Part shown: positions 17,784 to 25,906 of the stretch, piece after piece
Position numbering within the stretch: position 1 is the stretch's first letter
Layout: each line of letters starts with the position of its first letter
Assembly (NCBI GenBank): GCA_047651235.1
Contig: CP178758.1
Span: 3,360,001 to 3,392,000 of the forward strand
From: Candidatus Electrothrix yaqonensis
GTDB lineage: Bacteria > Desulfobacterota > Desulfobulbia > Desulfobulbales > Desulfobulbaceae
DNA length: 32,000 bases
Direction: 5' to 3'
Program-made: the position numbers and the translations under genes
The notes under the pieces: model-generated
What the model saw: the letters and a program-made list of their open reading frames with translations, nothing else
The model's database searches: none
What the model was told of the DNA's origin: nothing

Positions 17784-18833
17784 ATGAAAAAAACGTGCTT
17801 TGTAATAATTCCTTTTGGTGGTAATTTTGATTCGTATTATAAAATGATAATTTGCCCTGGTATTGAAGCATCAGGGCTTACTCCAGTGAGAGCTGATGAG
17901 ATTTATGGTACAAAACCAATAATTGAAGATATTTGTGACCAAATTTTTTCGGCCAAAATTATAATAGCTGATGTTAGCACAAAAAATCCTAATGTTAATT
18001 ACGAATTAGGGGTTGCACATGCTTTAAACAAACAGGTTATAATAATTTCACAATCAATTGATGATGTCCCATTTGATTACAAACATAGAAGAGTAATAAT
18101 TTATGATACGACTCAGGTTGACTGGAGCTCTGACCTTAGAAATTCTATTGTAAATACGATCTCTTCTACAGTATATGATAATAGTAATATTTTTAGTTTT
18201 CAGTCTGATGATTTATACAAAAGAATGAGCAGTTTTTTAACTAAAATGCAAATGAGGCATGCCTATGAAATAAGCAAAGATCGTGAGATTTATTCTGATA
18301 AATCTGGAAATTGTACATTAAAAGAATCTTGGCAGATAAAAGCAAAAACAATACTTAGCCATGTCTCATGTCAAATATATATTGATAAGCCAGGGGAAAT
18401 AGAAATATTGAACATCCGAGATGTACTGAACGCTATAGATTTGAATTATTTCGTAAGAGATCAAAAGTCTAATCACTTAGATTTTTTTATATTATTTGAT
18501 CATCCTTTAGAGTTAGATGAAATAATTAATTTATCACTTGAAATAAAAGCAGATAATTACCTCTCCGATGTAGTTGAAAAAAATAAAGGTTTTGTTTTTC
18601 AGGTCTCTATGAAAACTGGAAACTCTGTAATTGGTAAAAATAAGGAGACATATTTTTTTCCTGATATACCGAAATTTAAGAATTTACACGCTGTAGTAAA
18701 AAATCATCCAGATAAAAATATGATTGGAACAGTAATAAATTCTATCGTAAAAAAAGATATGAGAGTTATCTATCTGGACCTGTCCCACAATACTAATTAT
18801 TTTGGTGACTTTAGTGCTGAATTACAAATCTAA
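17784..18833 (+). CDS. Protein with an N-terminal nucleoside 2-deoxyribosyltransferase-like (NDT/TIR-like superfamily) domain and an unassigned C-terminal domain of about 220 aa
   Basis: The N-terminus reads CFVIIPFGGNFDSYY...VRADEIYGTKPIIEDICDQIFSAKIIIADVSTKNPNVNYELGVAHALNKQVIIISQ. This fits the NDT-like pattern of CFV-PF, RADEI and an NPNV-YELG-AHAL motif carrying the conserved Glu. The gene is very AT-rich, and there is no obvious SD. Confidence 0.7.
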   Translation: MKKTCFVIIPFGGNFDSYYKMIICPGIEASGLTPVRADEIYGTKPIIEDICDQIFSAKIIIADVSTKNPNVNYELGVAHALNKQVIIISQSIDDVPFDYKHRRVIIYDTTQVDWSSDLRNSIVNTISSTVYDNSNIFSFQSDDLYKRMSSFLTKMQMRHAYEISKDREIYSDKSGNCTLKESWQIKAKTILSHVSCQIYIDKPGEIEILNIRDVLNAIDLNYFVRDQKSNHLDFFILFDHPLELDEIINLSLEIKADNYLSDVVEKNKGFVFQVSMKTGNSVIGKNKETYFFPDIPKFKNLHAVVKNHPDKNMIGTVINSIVKKDMRVIYLDLSHNTNYFGDFSAELQI

Positions 18834-19032
18834 GAATCGAGAGCCGAGGACTATTCATGGTGTAGAAATTCCACGTTAGCGCATACCCAGTTTTCATATT
18901 CGGCTGTAAAGCCAGTTGCATAATAAACATTATGTAAAATCCCCCCCAAAAAAATCTACACTTCATCTTTCATTCATCTCTTTTCCGTTATCATGAAGAT
19001 ATGGAAAAACTCTCAAATAAGGAGGTGAAGAA

Positions 19033-19149
19033 ATGACTCTACGCAATGCAGTCCACATACTGATGCTCAGTCCAATATATTTTCGCCTGACGATAAAGCA
19101 ACGGCTTGAATTGATAAAAGAATACTGCCAGTCAATGAATCATCTGTAA
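19033..19149 (+). CDS. Possible small protein (38 aa)
   Basis: A strong SD, AAGGAGGTGAAGAA, precedes the ATG. Translation is MTLRNAVHILMLSPIYFRLTIKQRLELIKEYCQSMNHL. It falls below the track's length cutoff, and there is no other support. Confidence 0.3.
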   Translation: MTLRNAVHILMLSPIYFRLTIKQRLELIKEYCQSMNHL

Positions 19150-19244
19150 AGGGCATTTTTTGTGTTGGATGAAAAAGAAAAGGATTCACAGAATGAAGAC
19201 AGCTAACGGAAATCGGAGAGGCCCAGCTGTAAAAAGGAGGAAAC

Positions 19245-19320
19245 ATGAAAAAGGAAATTCATGCGGTGACAGGTGCTTTCGGTTATTCCGGCAAACGTAT
19301 TGCCCGGCAGCTGCCGCAGA
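19245..19320 (+). pseudogene. N-terminal remnant of an NAD(P)-binding SDR/epimerase (NmrA/NDUFA9-like) gene
   Basis: AAAAAGGAGGAAAC precedes the ATG. The first ~24 aa, MKKEIHAVTGAFGYSGKRIARQL, form a Rossmann TGxxGxxG start. After about 19320 no frame continues an SDR-like sequence. Confidence 0.35.
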
Positions 19321-19680
19321 ACCCCGCCGCGATGCTGCTCCACCAAATTTTTCGCAGCCACTTGTCTCAATCAATGCAAACTTTTGCGTGTCCGTCTTCC
19401 CCGCTCCTTTTCCTTGACAAAAGCGGTAGCTGTCAAGCCCTATAAGCATCTCTATCGGACAAACGATTCTTGTTTATCTGTCTGAGCTGTCAAAAAACGG
19501 ATGGCACGGAAAAAAAAGTTGTCGGATAATCTGACGGCGTATATTGTGTTTTTTGGGCAGCGCAAATTATTTTATATTCCTTCAATCAGTAGTAGTGGCT
19601 CGAACCTGTGGATAAGTCAACTTCAATCCCGCGCTGATGGGAATTCTGAGGCTGCATCAACGGATTTGAGCCACTACCGA

Positions 19681-20061
19681 TCAAAGCTGGTTTCCGTCAG
19701 GATAGTCAGGCAGGAATCCCCGACGTATGAGCAGCTCCGCAAGAAGCAGGCCGCAGAGAATACCGGTGCTGTTGGCCGCAAAATCCAGCCATTCGCCGTA
19801 CCGGTTCACATAGGGCTGGATCAACTCAATGGCACCGCCGTAGGCGATAAATAGCAGACAGAATATTTGCCAGTGCTGCGGCCTGCGCAGGGCTGCCGGG
19901 AAGGCCAAGAGAGCATAGGCGATCAGGTGGTGGGTTTTATCCCCTCCGGGGACAGGGGGCAACTCCTCCAGCGGGGAAAGGGAGAGAACAGTTATCGCTG
20001 TCAGCGTGAACAGCGTACAGGCAGACCAGTAGGTTCTGATCAGATTCAGCAGGCGTTGCAT
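19681..20061 (-). CDS. VanZ-like family membrane protein
   Basis: It has four TM segments and VanZ-type motifs GGDKTHHLIAYALLAF, GGAIELIQPYVNRYGEWLDFAANSTGILCG. Confidence 0.8.
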   Translation of the reverse strand: MQRLLNLIRTYWSACTLFTLTAITVLSLSPLEELPPVPGGDKTHHLIAYALLAFPAALRRPQHWQIFCLLFIAYGGAIELIQPYVNRYGEWLDFAANSTGILCGLLLAELLIRRGFLPDYPDGNQL

Positions 20062-20141
20062 TGATTCATGACAGAATAGTTTTTTTCCGGGATGCTGCCT
20101 TCCTCATCTCACCGGCAGTAATGCAGGAACTCGACAAGTAA

Positions 20142-21173
20142 CTATTTTTCAAATTTTATATCTATAAAGTCGATAGTTGCGTCAATGTTATTCCATTCAT
20201 CCTTAGACTTCCTGTAATCCCTTGTATACATGTACAAAACTAAGGATGATGCAACTTGCCATTTTTTCTTCGATCTAAAGAAAAAATTTGATCGAAGGCG
20301 TGATTTCGGTGCAATTCTATACAGTTCATCCTCACTGCAATTATTAATGTAATTACTGCTGTTTTTGCATATTTTCATGCCTGTATAATTGTCGAGAGGA
20401 ATTTTTTCGCCTTTTTCGTCAGCTATGTACCCCTGTTTTTTGTTCAGGGCAACATAAAGTCGCGTATCCAGCTTGTTATAGAAGTCAACAACGGCTTCAA
20501 TGAGTTTCTTGGTTTTGTTATATTTTATGCTTTTTATAACGGCTTTCATCTCATATGATTCCCAGACGGGTCGTGTTTCCAGATCATTTGCAAGAGGGTT
20601 GGTATTAGCCATGCCCGTAGACCTGTTGTAGTCAGGGCATATAGCTTGAGATTTATTCTTTAACTGTGTACTGACTTCCGGTGTATTGGGAAAACTGGAA
20701 CTGGCAGTGGCAATCATTCTGCTTGTTTCGGTATCAACCAACTTGACAATAACACGGACATTATTGTCATCTGCTGTTAAAGTCCCGAGCATCAATGCTC
20801 CGGCTCCGTAGTTCTTGCCAAACTCTCTTGCCGTGTCTATGGCTACAGCCGGAGATCGGTTGAACTCCAGCTCTCTTTGTAAGCGATCCAAGGTAATGCG
20901 ATCAATGAATTCCGCACCTAATTCACTATCCATCAGTGATTCCATCAGGAGTTCTGAATAAGAGTTACCGAGTCCGCTGCAACTGTTGTCGCTGTGCCTG
21001 AATGAGGTGACCCCGATAACAAAACTTCCTTGAGAAATTCTATCTTTGTCCTTCACTATCTTATTAGAAATTTCAGCGATACTGGATTCTATACTGTCAG
21101 CGGCAAAGGCTGAGTTGATACATAAAAAGAGACTCAAGACCAGCCGACAAGTATTTTTACAGATTGCTTTCAT
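20142..21173 (-). CDS. Exported protein with an N-terminal FlgO/LpoB/CsgG-like domain and an unassigned C-terminal domain
   Basis: The signal peptide ends SAFA-AD. The N-domain reads LGNSYSELLMESL...FIDRITLDRLQRELEFNRSPAVAIDTAREFGKNYGAGALMLGTL...VRVIVKLVDTETSRMIA. The ATG directly abuts the upstream stop (TAGATG). The gene is AT-rich. Confidence 0.65.
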   Translation of the reverse strand: MKAICKNTCRLVLSLFLCINSAFAADSIESSIAEISNKIVKDKDRISQGSFVIGVTSFRHSDNSCSGLGNSYSELLMESLMDSELGAEFIDRITLDRLQRELEFNRSPAVAIDTAREFGKNYGAGALMLGTLTADDNNVRVIVKLVDTETSRMIATASSSFPNTPEVSTQLKNKSQAICPDYNRSTGMANTNPLANDLETRPVWESYEMKAVIKSIKYNKTKKLIEAVVDFYNKLDTRLYVALNKKQGYIADEKGEKIPLDNYTGMKICKNSSNYINNCSEDELYRIAPKSRLRSNFFFRSKKKWQVASSLVLYMYTRDYRKSKDEWNNIDATIDFIDIKFEK

Positions 21174-21683
21174 CTACATTTTCTCCTTATTACATATATT
21201 TAAATAGTCCATCCAGACATGCACTTTCTCATCCAAGCTATGTGTGCTTTTGCTTCTGATCTCATCAAGACTTCTGCCGTTTGATCGTATTTTTATTATG
21301 GTAGCATGAGTTCGGCCATCTGCTTTCACCTCAGATACCGACAATCCTACATGCCAGTCCAACCCTTTCAGATACTGATTGGAAATATCGGTCTCAACTA
21401 AATCTGTTATTTTTAGCTGGTAGGTATAGCAACCATCAATATAACACCCTGAAAGATAGCTTGACGACTTTGTAAGATTGAGGGTTTCATTTTGCAGTGT
21501 TATCTGTATTGGTTCTTTTATACACCCCGGATTATTTGACACAGGTTCGCCTGATGATAATGGACTGTCATTACAAAAGATTAAAAAAGAAATTAATGCA
21601 CTTGCGATTGTAACAAGAGAACCAACACCAGACAACACTGGATGTTCCAAAAACCAAAATACTATGTTTTTAAAATTTTTCAT
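21174..21683 (-). CDS. Membrane-anchored protein of unknown function
   Basis: It has a single N-terminal TM segment (VLSGVGSLVTIASALISFLIF) followed by a Cys-containing domain that the N-terminal anchor suggests is extracytoplasmic. It is AT-rich and tightly coupled to the downstream gene. Confidence 0.6.
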   Translation of the reverse strand: MKNFKNIVFWFLEHPVLSGVGSLVTIASALISFLIFCNDSPLSSGEPVSNNPGCIKEPIQITLQNETLNLTKSSSYLSGCYIDGCYTYQLKITDLVETDISNQYLKGLDWHVGLSVSEVKADGRTHATIIKIRSNGRSLDEIRSKSTHSLDEKVHVWMDYLNICNKEKM

Positions 21684-21696
21684 GTCTCAGAGCATG

Positions 21697-23274
21697 TTAC
21701 TCCTGCTCCACAAACTGCATCTGCTCCTGGATCACCTCCAGCCACTGGCCCTGATTCTTGCTGTCCACCCAGATCGGCAGATTGGTGGCCGCATCGGTGA
21801 TCACGATTTCCGGGATGCTGCCTGCCAGACCGCCTTCCTCATTCACCGTGGCCACTGTGGTGAGCCAGAACAGCCTGCGTTTCCCGCTGACCTCCTTGAT
21901 GTACGGCCTGTTTTCCACCGGCTGATTTTTTGACCAGTCGTAATTCTTTTTGCTTTCCATGACCTTAGTGGCAATGGCCGAGGCCCCGGTCAGGCTTTCC
22001 TTTTTCTCGGAATGCCGGTAGATGTATATTTTTTTCTCCCTGCCGTCGCTGGGAATGAACAGGGAAAGACTCAGGCCATGCTTGCGTTCGTCATAGGGTT
22101 CCAGGCCGAAGTAATGAAACAGGCCGTCCCGCTTATCCACATCCTTAAACAGCAGGACATAGGGCATGTCGTTATGGTTGCCCTGCATTTTGGGAATGCG
22201 GATGTCGCCCTCATGATAACTGCGGATGGGATTGAGCAGTCCTTTCTGAAATTTGAATGATTCAGCAATGGTCCGTGAGGCGATATATGGCACAAGGTTC
22301 TGTCCTTTCAGCCAGGCATGATCGGCAATGTGTTCCGCCGGGATAAACTCGCCCAGGCCGAGAAAAATACGTCTGAGCACAGTCAGAAAGGAGGAGGATT
22401 TTGAAGTCTGTCGGATAATGTGGACTCCGGCAAATTCAATATGCGGGAAAAAAAGTCCTTTATAGCGGCCCAGAGAGACCAGCTGCAGCCAGCCCCCCTT
22501 GCCGTCCGGCACCACCTTGACGTTGGTCGGGAAGCAATTGAAATAGCGCAGCGGACCAAAGGATTTGATCGCGTTACTTCTGACGTTTTTGGAGAACAGA
22601 AGGTGCTCGCCGGTGGAAAAATGCACCTTCTGCCGTTCCGAGAAATCCGGCGAAGCAGAGGTAGCGGAAATAACAAACAGCTCTTCAATCCTGCCTTTGA
22701 ACAGCTTCTGGCCCAGGTAGGTGGGATAGATCTCCATTGCCCATTTCTGTTTTTCGTCGGCAAGGATCAAGTCCGGCAGGCTCACTGATTCGGTTTCATT
22801 GATCTTCTCGCTGGCCTGCACATAAATCGAATCCAGAGGCTGAACCCGCTCGGCTTTGGTCAGGGGCAGCTCATTCAGTTCAACAATATCCAGAGAATGG
22901 TATCTGAAATAAGAGGCCAGATACTGCGGTGCGCCGCTGAGCACATAAATGGTCAGCCCGACAACAACGAGCAGAGAGAGCGGCACCAGAATCTTCAGCC
23001 TGACCTTTATCTTTTTGAGGATCAGCAGCAGCACGAAATACGCTGCCAGCACGATAAAGACAAGGCTGTGTTCCCGCAGGGTGAGAAAAAACGGCTGCCA
23101 AGCCGCCCGAAAAAGAAAGAGCAGAACCAGCAGGATAACTGCGGCAAAAATAAATATGCCTTTATTTCTGCTGAAAAAATCCGCGATCCTGGCAGATATT
23201 TTTTCCCTGGCTACCGTAAACCAGCTCTCGTCTTGCATATCTTGGATATCATCCTGCACAACTTGGTCCGGCAT
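21697..23274 (-). CDS. Large membrane protein of unknown function: acidic N-terminus, 3-4 TM segments and an ~400-aa, presumably extracytoplasmic, domain
   Basis: It is a long ORF with typical coding composition. ATG 23274-23272 overlaps the upstream stop (TGATG); the track begins at GTG 23277. I cannot name a family confidently. Confidence 0.75.
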   Translation of the reverse strand: MPDQVVQDDIQDMQDESWFTVAREKISARIADFFSRNKGIFIFAAVILLVLLFLFRAAWQPFFLTLREHSLVFIVLAAYFVLLLILKKIKVRLKILVPLSLLVVVGLTIYVLSGAPQYLASYFRYHSLDIVELNELPLTKAERVQPLDSIYVQASEKINETESVSLPDLILADEKQKWAMEIYPTYLGQKLFKGRIEELFVISATSASPDFSERQKVHFSTGEHLLFSKNVRSNAIKSFGPLRYFNCFPTNVKVVPDGKGGWLQLVSLGRYKGLFFPHIEFAGVHIIRQTSKSSSFLTVLRRIFLGLGEFIPAEHIADHAWLKGQNLVPYIASRTIAESFKFQKGLLNPIRSYHEGDIRIPKMQGNHNDMPYVLLFKDVDKRDGLFHYFGLEPYDERKHGLSLSLFIPSDGREKKIYIYRHSEKKESLTGASAIATKVMESKKNYDWSKNQPVENRPYIKEVSGKRRLFWLTTVATVNEEGGLAGSIPEIVITDAATNLPIWVDSKNQGQWLEVIQEQMQFVEQE

Positions 23275-23900
23275 CACCTGTCCCCTTGCTGAAATTTCCG
23301 CAAAGCATCCAGCGCGTCCTGATCCTCTTTTGCCCGCTGTTCCTTTGCCGAATCCTCTACCGAATCTACACTTCCGGCAGCAGAGGCGCCGGAGGCGCTC
23401 TCCGGTTGCTCTTCCTCCGGTGCGGAAAAATTCTTGTGCAGGGATTCCTCCACGCTTTCTTTGACCTCATCAAAGGAATGACGGAGTTCCTCAATGGGAT
23501 CAAGTTTACCTGTGCTTATGTCGTCAATGGTGGTCACGGTCTTGCTGAACACTTTGGAAAAAAAGGTCATCAGGACGCCGCCGAACCAGAAGCCGAAAAA
23601 CACCGTGGGTGTTCCGAGAAAAAGAAGAATAATCTTTATGCCCGTGCCGAGCGTGTTGAATTTCCAGAAAATCAGGCTGAGGAGCAGGTCAAAGACAAGC
23701 GCAGCGGTCAGTCGGGTGCCGAGGTTCTGGTTATAGACAAAGCCTTTGTCTGCTTCAGCCTCGGTGATCTCCTGACGATGGCCCAGATTATACAGCAGGA
23801 CATAGAGCTTGCGCAGGAAGAGCTTTCCTTTTTTATCAAGCAGATAAAATTGCGAGGCTAGGATAAAATAGACCAGCATCCAGATGAGCAGGGTGTCCAT
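23274..23900 (-). CDS. Membrane protein of unknown function with an acidic, Ser/Glu-rich C-terminal tail
   Basis: GAGGAGCATACT precedes the ATG. It has about 4 TM segments. It is the first gene of the minus-strand cluster. Confidence 0.7.
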   Translation of the reverse strand: MDTLLIWMLVYFILASQFYLLDKKGKLFLRKLYVLLYNLGHRQEITEAEADKGFVYNQNLGTRLTAALVFDLLLSLIFWKFNTLGTGIKIILLFLGTPTVFFGFWFGGVLMTFFSKVFSKTVTTIDDISTGKLDPIEELRHSFDEVKESVEESLHKNFSAPEEEQPESASGASAAGSVDSVEDSAKEQRAKEDQDALDALRKFQQGDR

Positions 23901-24150
23901 AGTATGCTCCTCATCATATACGAAGGCAATTTAATGATTTTGTGTTCCGGCAAGAGTATCTGTTTCGCAGCCCGGGAGCAGCACCGCAGACTCTACCCAA
24001 TGTTTTATAAATGAACAATGATAAATACGTGTGTGCCCGGCAGGGAATACGCTAAAGAATCATCCTTTCGTCTGCAGAACCATCCCGGCCTGCCGTGTTG
24101 AACAGCACTCTGCTGAGTGCGAAATATTCAGAAAAGGATTAATCTCAGGA

Positions 24151-24298
24151 TTATGGTGAGCATGAGATGCCGGTTTTCGGGCCGATGAGTTCGTTGAGGA
24201 AATCGATCAGGAGCGGTTTGTTGAACTCGGTAGCGGAAGAGCTTTTTGAAACCGAAGTTGGTAAACAGGTTGATGTATTTGTCGGTCAGGGTTCTCAT
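24151..24298 (-). pseudogene. Frameshifted, truncated N-terminal remnant of an Rpn-family (PD-(D/E)XK nuclease / putative transposase) gene
   Basis: The minus strand encodes MRTLTDKYINLFTNFGFKKLF. After a shift of one frame it continues TEFNKPLLIDFLNELIGPKTGIS and then stops. This matches the conserved N-terminus KYINxxTDFGFKKLFG..NK.LLIDFLNELI, but only about 50 of roughly 300 aa are present. Confidence 0.55.
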
Positions 24299-24339
24299 TT
24301 AATATGATCAGGATGAACTGGCTGCACAGACAAGCCGAT

Positions 24340-24741
24340 TTACTTCCATAAAAATTTCAGACCGAATTCTTTATACTCCCGGATCATCCTGTCTTTTGAA
24401 ATTAATGTCAATTTACGGTTTATCGCCTGCCAGATAATCAGTCTGTCAAACGGATCTTTATGTCTGATTTTTGGGAGTCTATAAAATGCCGCGACCTCCT
24501 TTTCCGCGATATTCAGTGTTTCAAAACCGATTTCACGGGAGGCATGTACCAACTCTTCTGGAGTGATTCCATTCAGTTCCAGTTTTCCGATACCGTATTT
24601 TAAAGATATTTCCCAATACGAAACTATACTGATGAAGATGCGGTTATTCGGATTGCTGATTTCTGCTTCTGCTCTGTCGGACAGCTTTTCATCCTCAAAT
24701 AAGGCCCAGAGCAGGACATGTGTGTCAAGCAGATACTTCAT
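24340..24741 (-). CDS. vapC: Type II toxin, PIN-domain ribonuclease VapC
   Basis: It begins MKYLLDTHVLLWAL and contains DPFDRLIIWQA. Its start overlaps the antitoxin stop by 4 nt. Confidence 0.9.
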   Translation of the reverse strand: MKYLLDTHVLLWALFEDEKLSDRAEAEISNPNNRIFISIVSYWEISLKYGIGKLELNGITPEELVHASREIGFETLNIAEKEVAAFYRLPKIRHKDPFDRLIIWQAINRKLTLISKDRMIREYKEFGLKFLWK

Positions 24742-24983
24742 AGAGTTAATAACTCTTCATCGGTAATTGCAAAATCGTCCTTTATCCTGAAACCGGCCTT
24801 TCCTTTCAGGATACCGAGTTTCCTTTTTTTCCGGTACTGCCGTCTGTATTTCGCATAAGGGATTATAACAGCGATATTCTCCTGATTATGCTCGTTTCTG
24901 ATAACTATTTCTTCCCCTTTGCTGACCAGGTCAAGAATTGCGAGGATGTCTTTTGATACTTTCTTATAGGGTATCGGTTTCAT
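24738..24983 (-). CDS. Type II antitoxin (Phd/YefM-like) of the VapC toxin
   Basis: This 81-aa ORF lies upstream of vapC and overlaps it. The N-terminus VSKDILAILDLVSKGEEIVI is Phd/YefM-like, and the tail reads LGILKGKAGFRIKDDFAITDEELL. Confidence 0.8.
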   Translation of the reverse strand: MKPIPYKKVSKDILAILDLVSKGEEIVIRNEHNQENIAVIIPYAKYRRQYRKKRKLGILKGKAGFRIKDDFAITDEELLTL

Positions 24984-25120
24984 GGGCTGTATGTTGTCTT
25001 GTTTTTATTGGCTGTACAGAACAGCAACACTGGCCTGGGGAAATCAGTTACAAATATGGTACTTCATATTGGGCGGGGATTCTAGGAGAAACAGGGTTGA
25101 CGTGGCATAACGGGGCAAAT

Positions 25121-25383
25121 TCAAGGGGGGCTGTTGTGTTTAAATCTATCGAGTCTGACCCTTTTGATTTCTCCTCAATAAGATAAAAAAGGCGGTAATT
25201 CCCAATCCTGAAGCGATAGTATACCGAGAGGTCTTCTTTCAGTTTTTGATATTTTCTCCTAAGTAGGGATTTTTTCCAAGCTGAGGATATACAATATTCT
25301 TTATCTTCGCATACAGAGACGGATCAATCTTCTTTTTGCGTTTCTCAAATTTTTTGGACTCCGCAATCCTGAACTCAAACAAG
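25121..25383 (-). pseudogene. Decayed RelE/ParE-family toxin gene
   Basis: The minus strand reads (TTG)FEFRIAESKKFEKRKKKIDPSLYAKIKNIVYPQLGKNPYLGENIKN, with a stop at 25241-25239 just after an A5 run. The next frame continues LKEDLSVYYRFRIGNYRLFYLIEE. A third frame gives IKRVRLDRFKH. The pieces are RelE/ParE-like, but at least one frameshift, probably two, breaks the gene. Confidence 0.55.
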
Positions 25384-25611
25384 CGTGTACTCTCCTTGTT
25401 CAAGCTCTTTGATGCCGTCCTTTAAACTCTGTACCAGCTCGGTATCCCGGAGTATTTCATCCAGTTCATCATTATCGACATACTGTGCAGAGGAAAGATA
25501 CTGCATCACGGCAAATTCTATGAAGTTGGAAAGATTCCTCTTCTGCCCATCCGCTGCTGTTTTTATCATCCGGTAGACCGTATCATCAACCCGCATAGTC
25601 ACTGTTTTCAT
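25375..25611 (-). CDS. Ribbon-helix-helix (CopG/ParD-like) antitoxin
   Basis: CAGGAGGGCGAAA precedes ATG 25611. The protein starts MKTVTMRVDDTVYRMIKTAADGQKRNLSNFIEFAVMQYL. Its stop overlaps the start of the relE/parE remnant. Confidence 0.75.
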   Translation of the reverse strand: MKTVTMRVDDTVYRMIKTAADGQKRNLSNFIEFAVMQYLSSAQYVDNDELDEILRDTELVQSLKDGIKELEQGEYTLV

Positions 25612-25767
25612 TTTCGCCCTCCTGTTTTTTGAGGTGAAGAAGATATATGAATATATGGTATTCAATTTTATTCACAGCGTCAAGAGATCTCAGTGAGTGG
25701 ACATTGCTGGTTTTTGGGTGCTGATGGTCAGGAAACAGGCCCCGGGTTATGTAGAAATAAGCCCGTC

Positions 25768-25832
25768 CGGTCGTCGACAGCCTTGCGGCTGCGAATATCC
25801 ACAGGTTTTCCGCCGCAGGCTGCCGACGACCG
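25768..25832 (-). terminator. Long imperfect hairpin downstream of the Rhs immunity gene; possible terminator
   Basis: The arms are CGGTCGTCGACAGCCTTGCGGC (25768-25789) and GCCGCAGGCTGCCGACGACCG (25812-25832), about 20 bp with one mismatch and one bulge. The 3' tail on the minus strand is only moderately T-rich (cttatttct). Confidence 0.4.
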
Positions 25833-25906
25833 AACTCCGTGCTGAAAAAAGGCATCGAGGTAGACAGGGACACAGGAAATCTCCGTTTTCCACTTGACGT
25901 TACTTG

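Noticed and set aside
19592-19677. Possible tRNA or tRNA fragment, because the minus strand carries GGTTCGAGCC
   Set aside because: I could not build a cloverleaf. The terminal stem is 13 bp rather than 7, no D-arm or 7-nt anticodon loop fits, and the T-stem halves do not pair. I kept it only as an unexplained hairpin.
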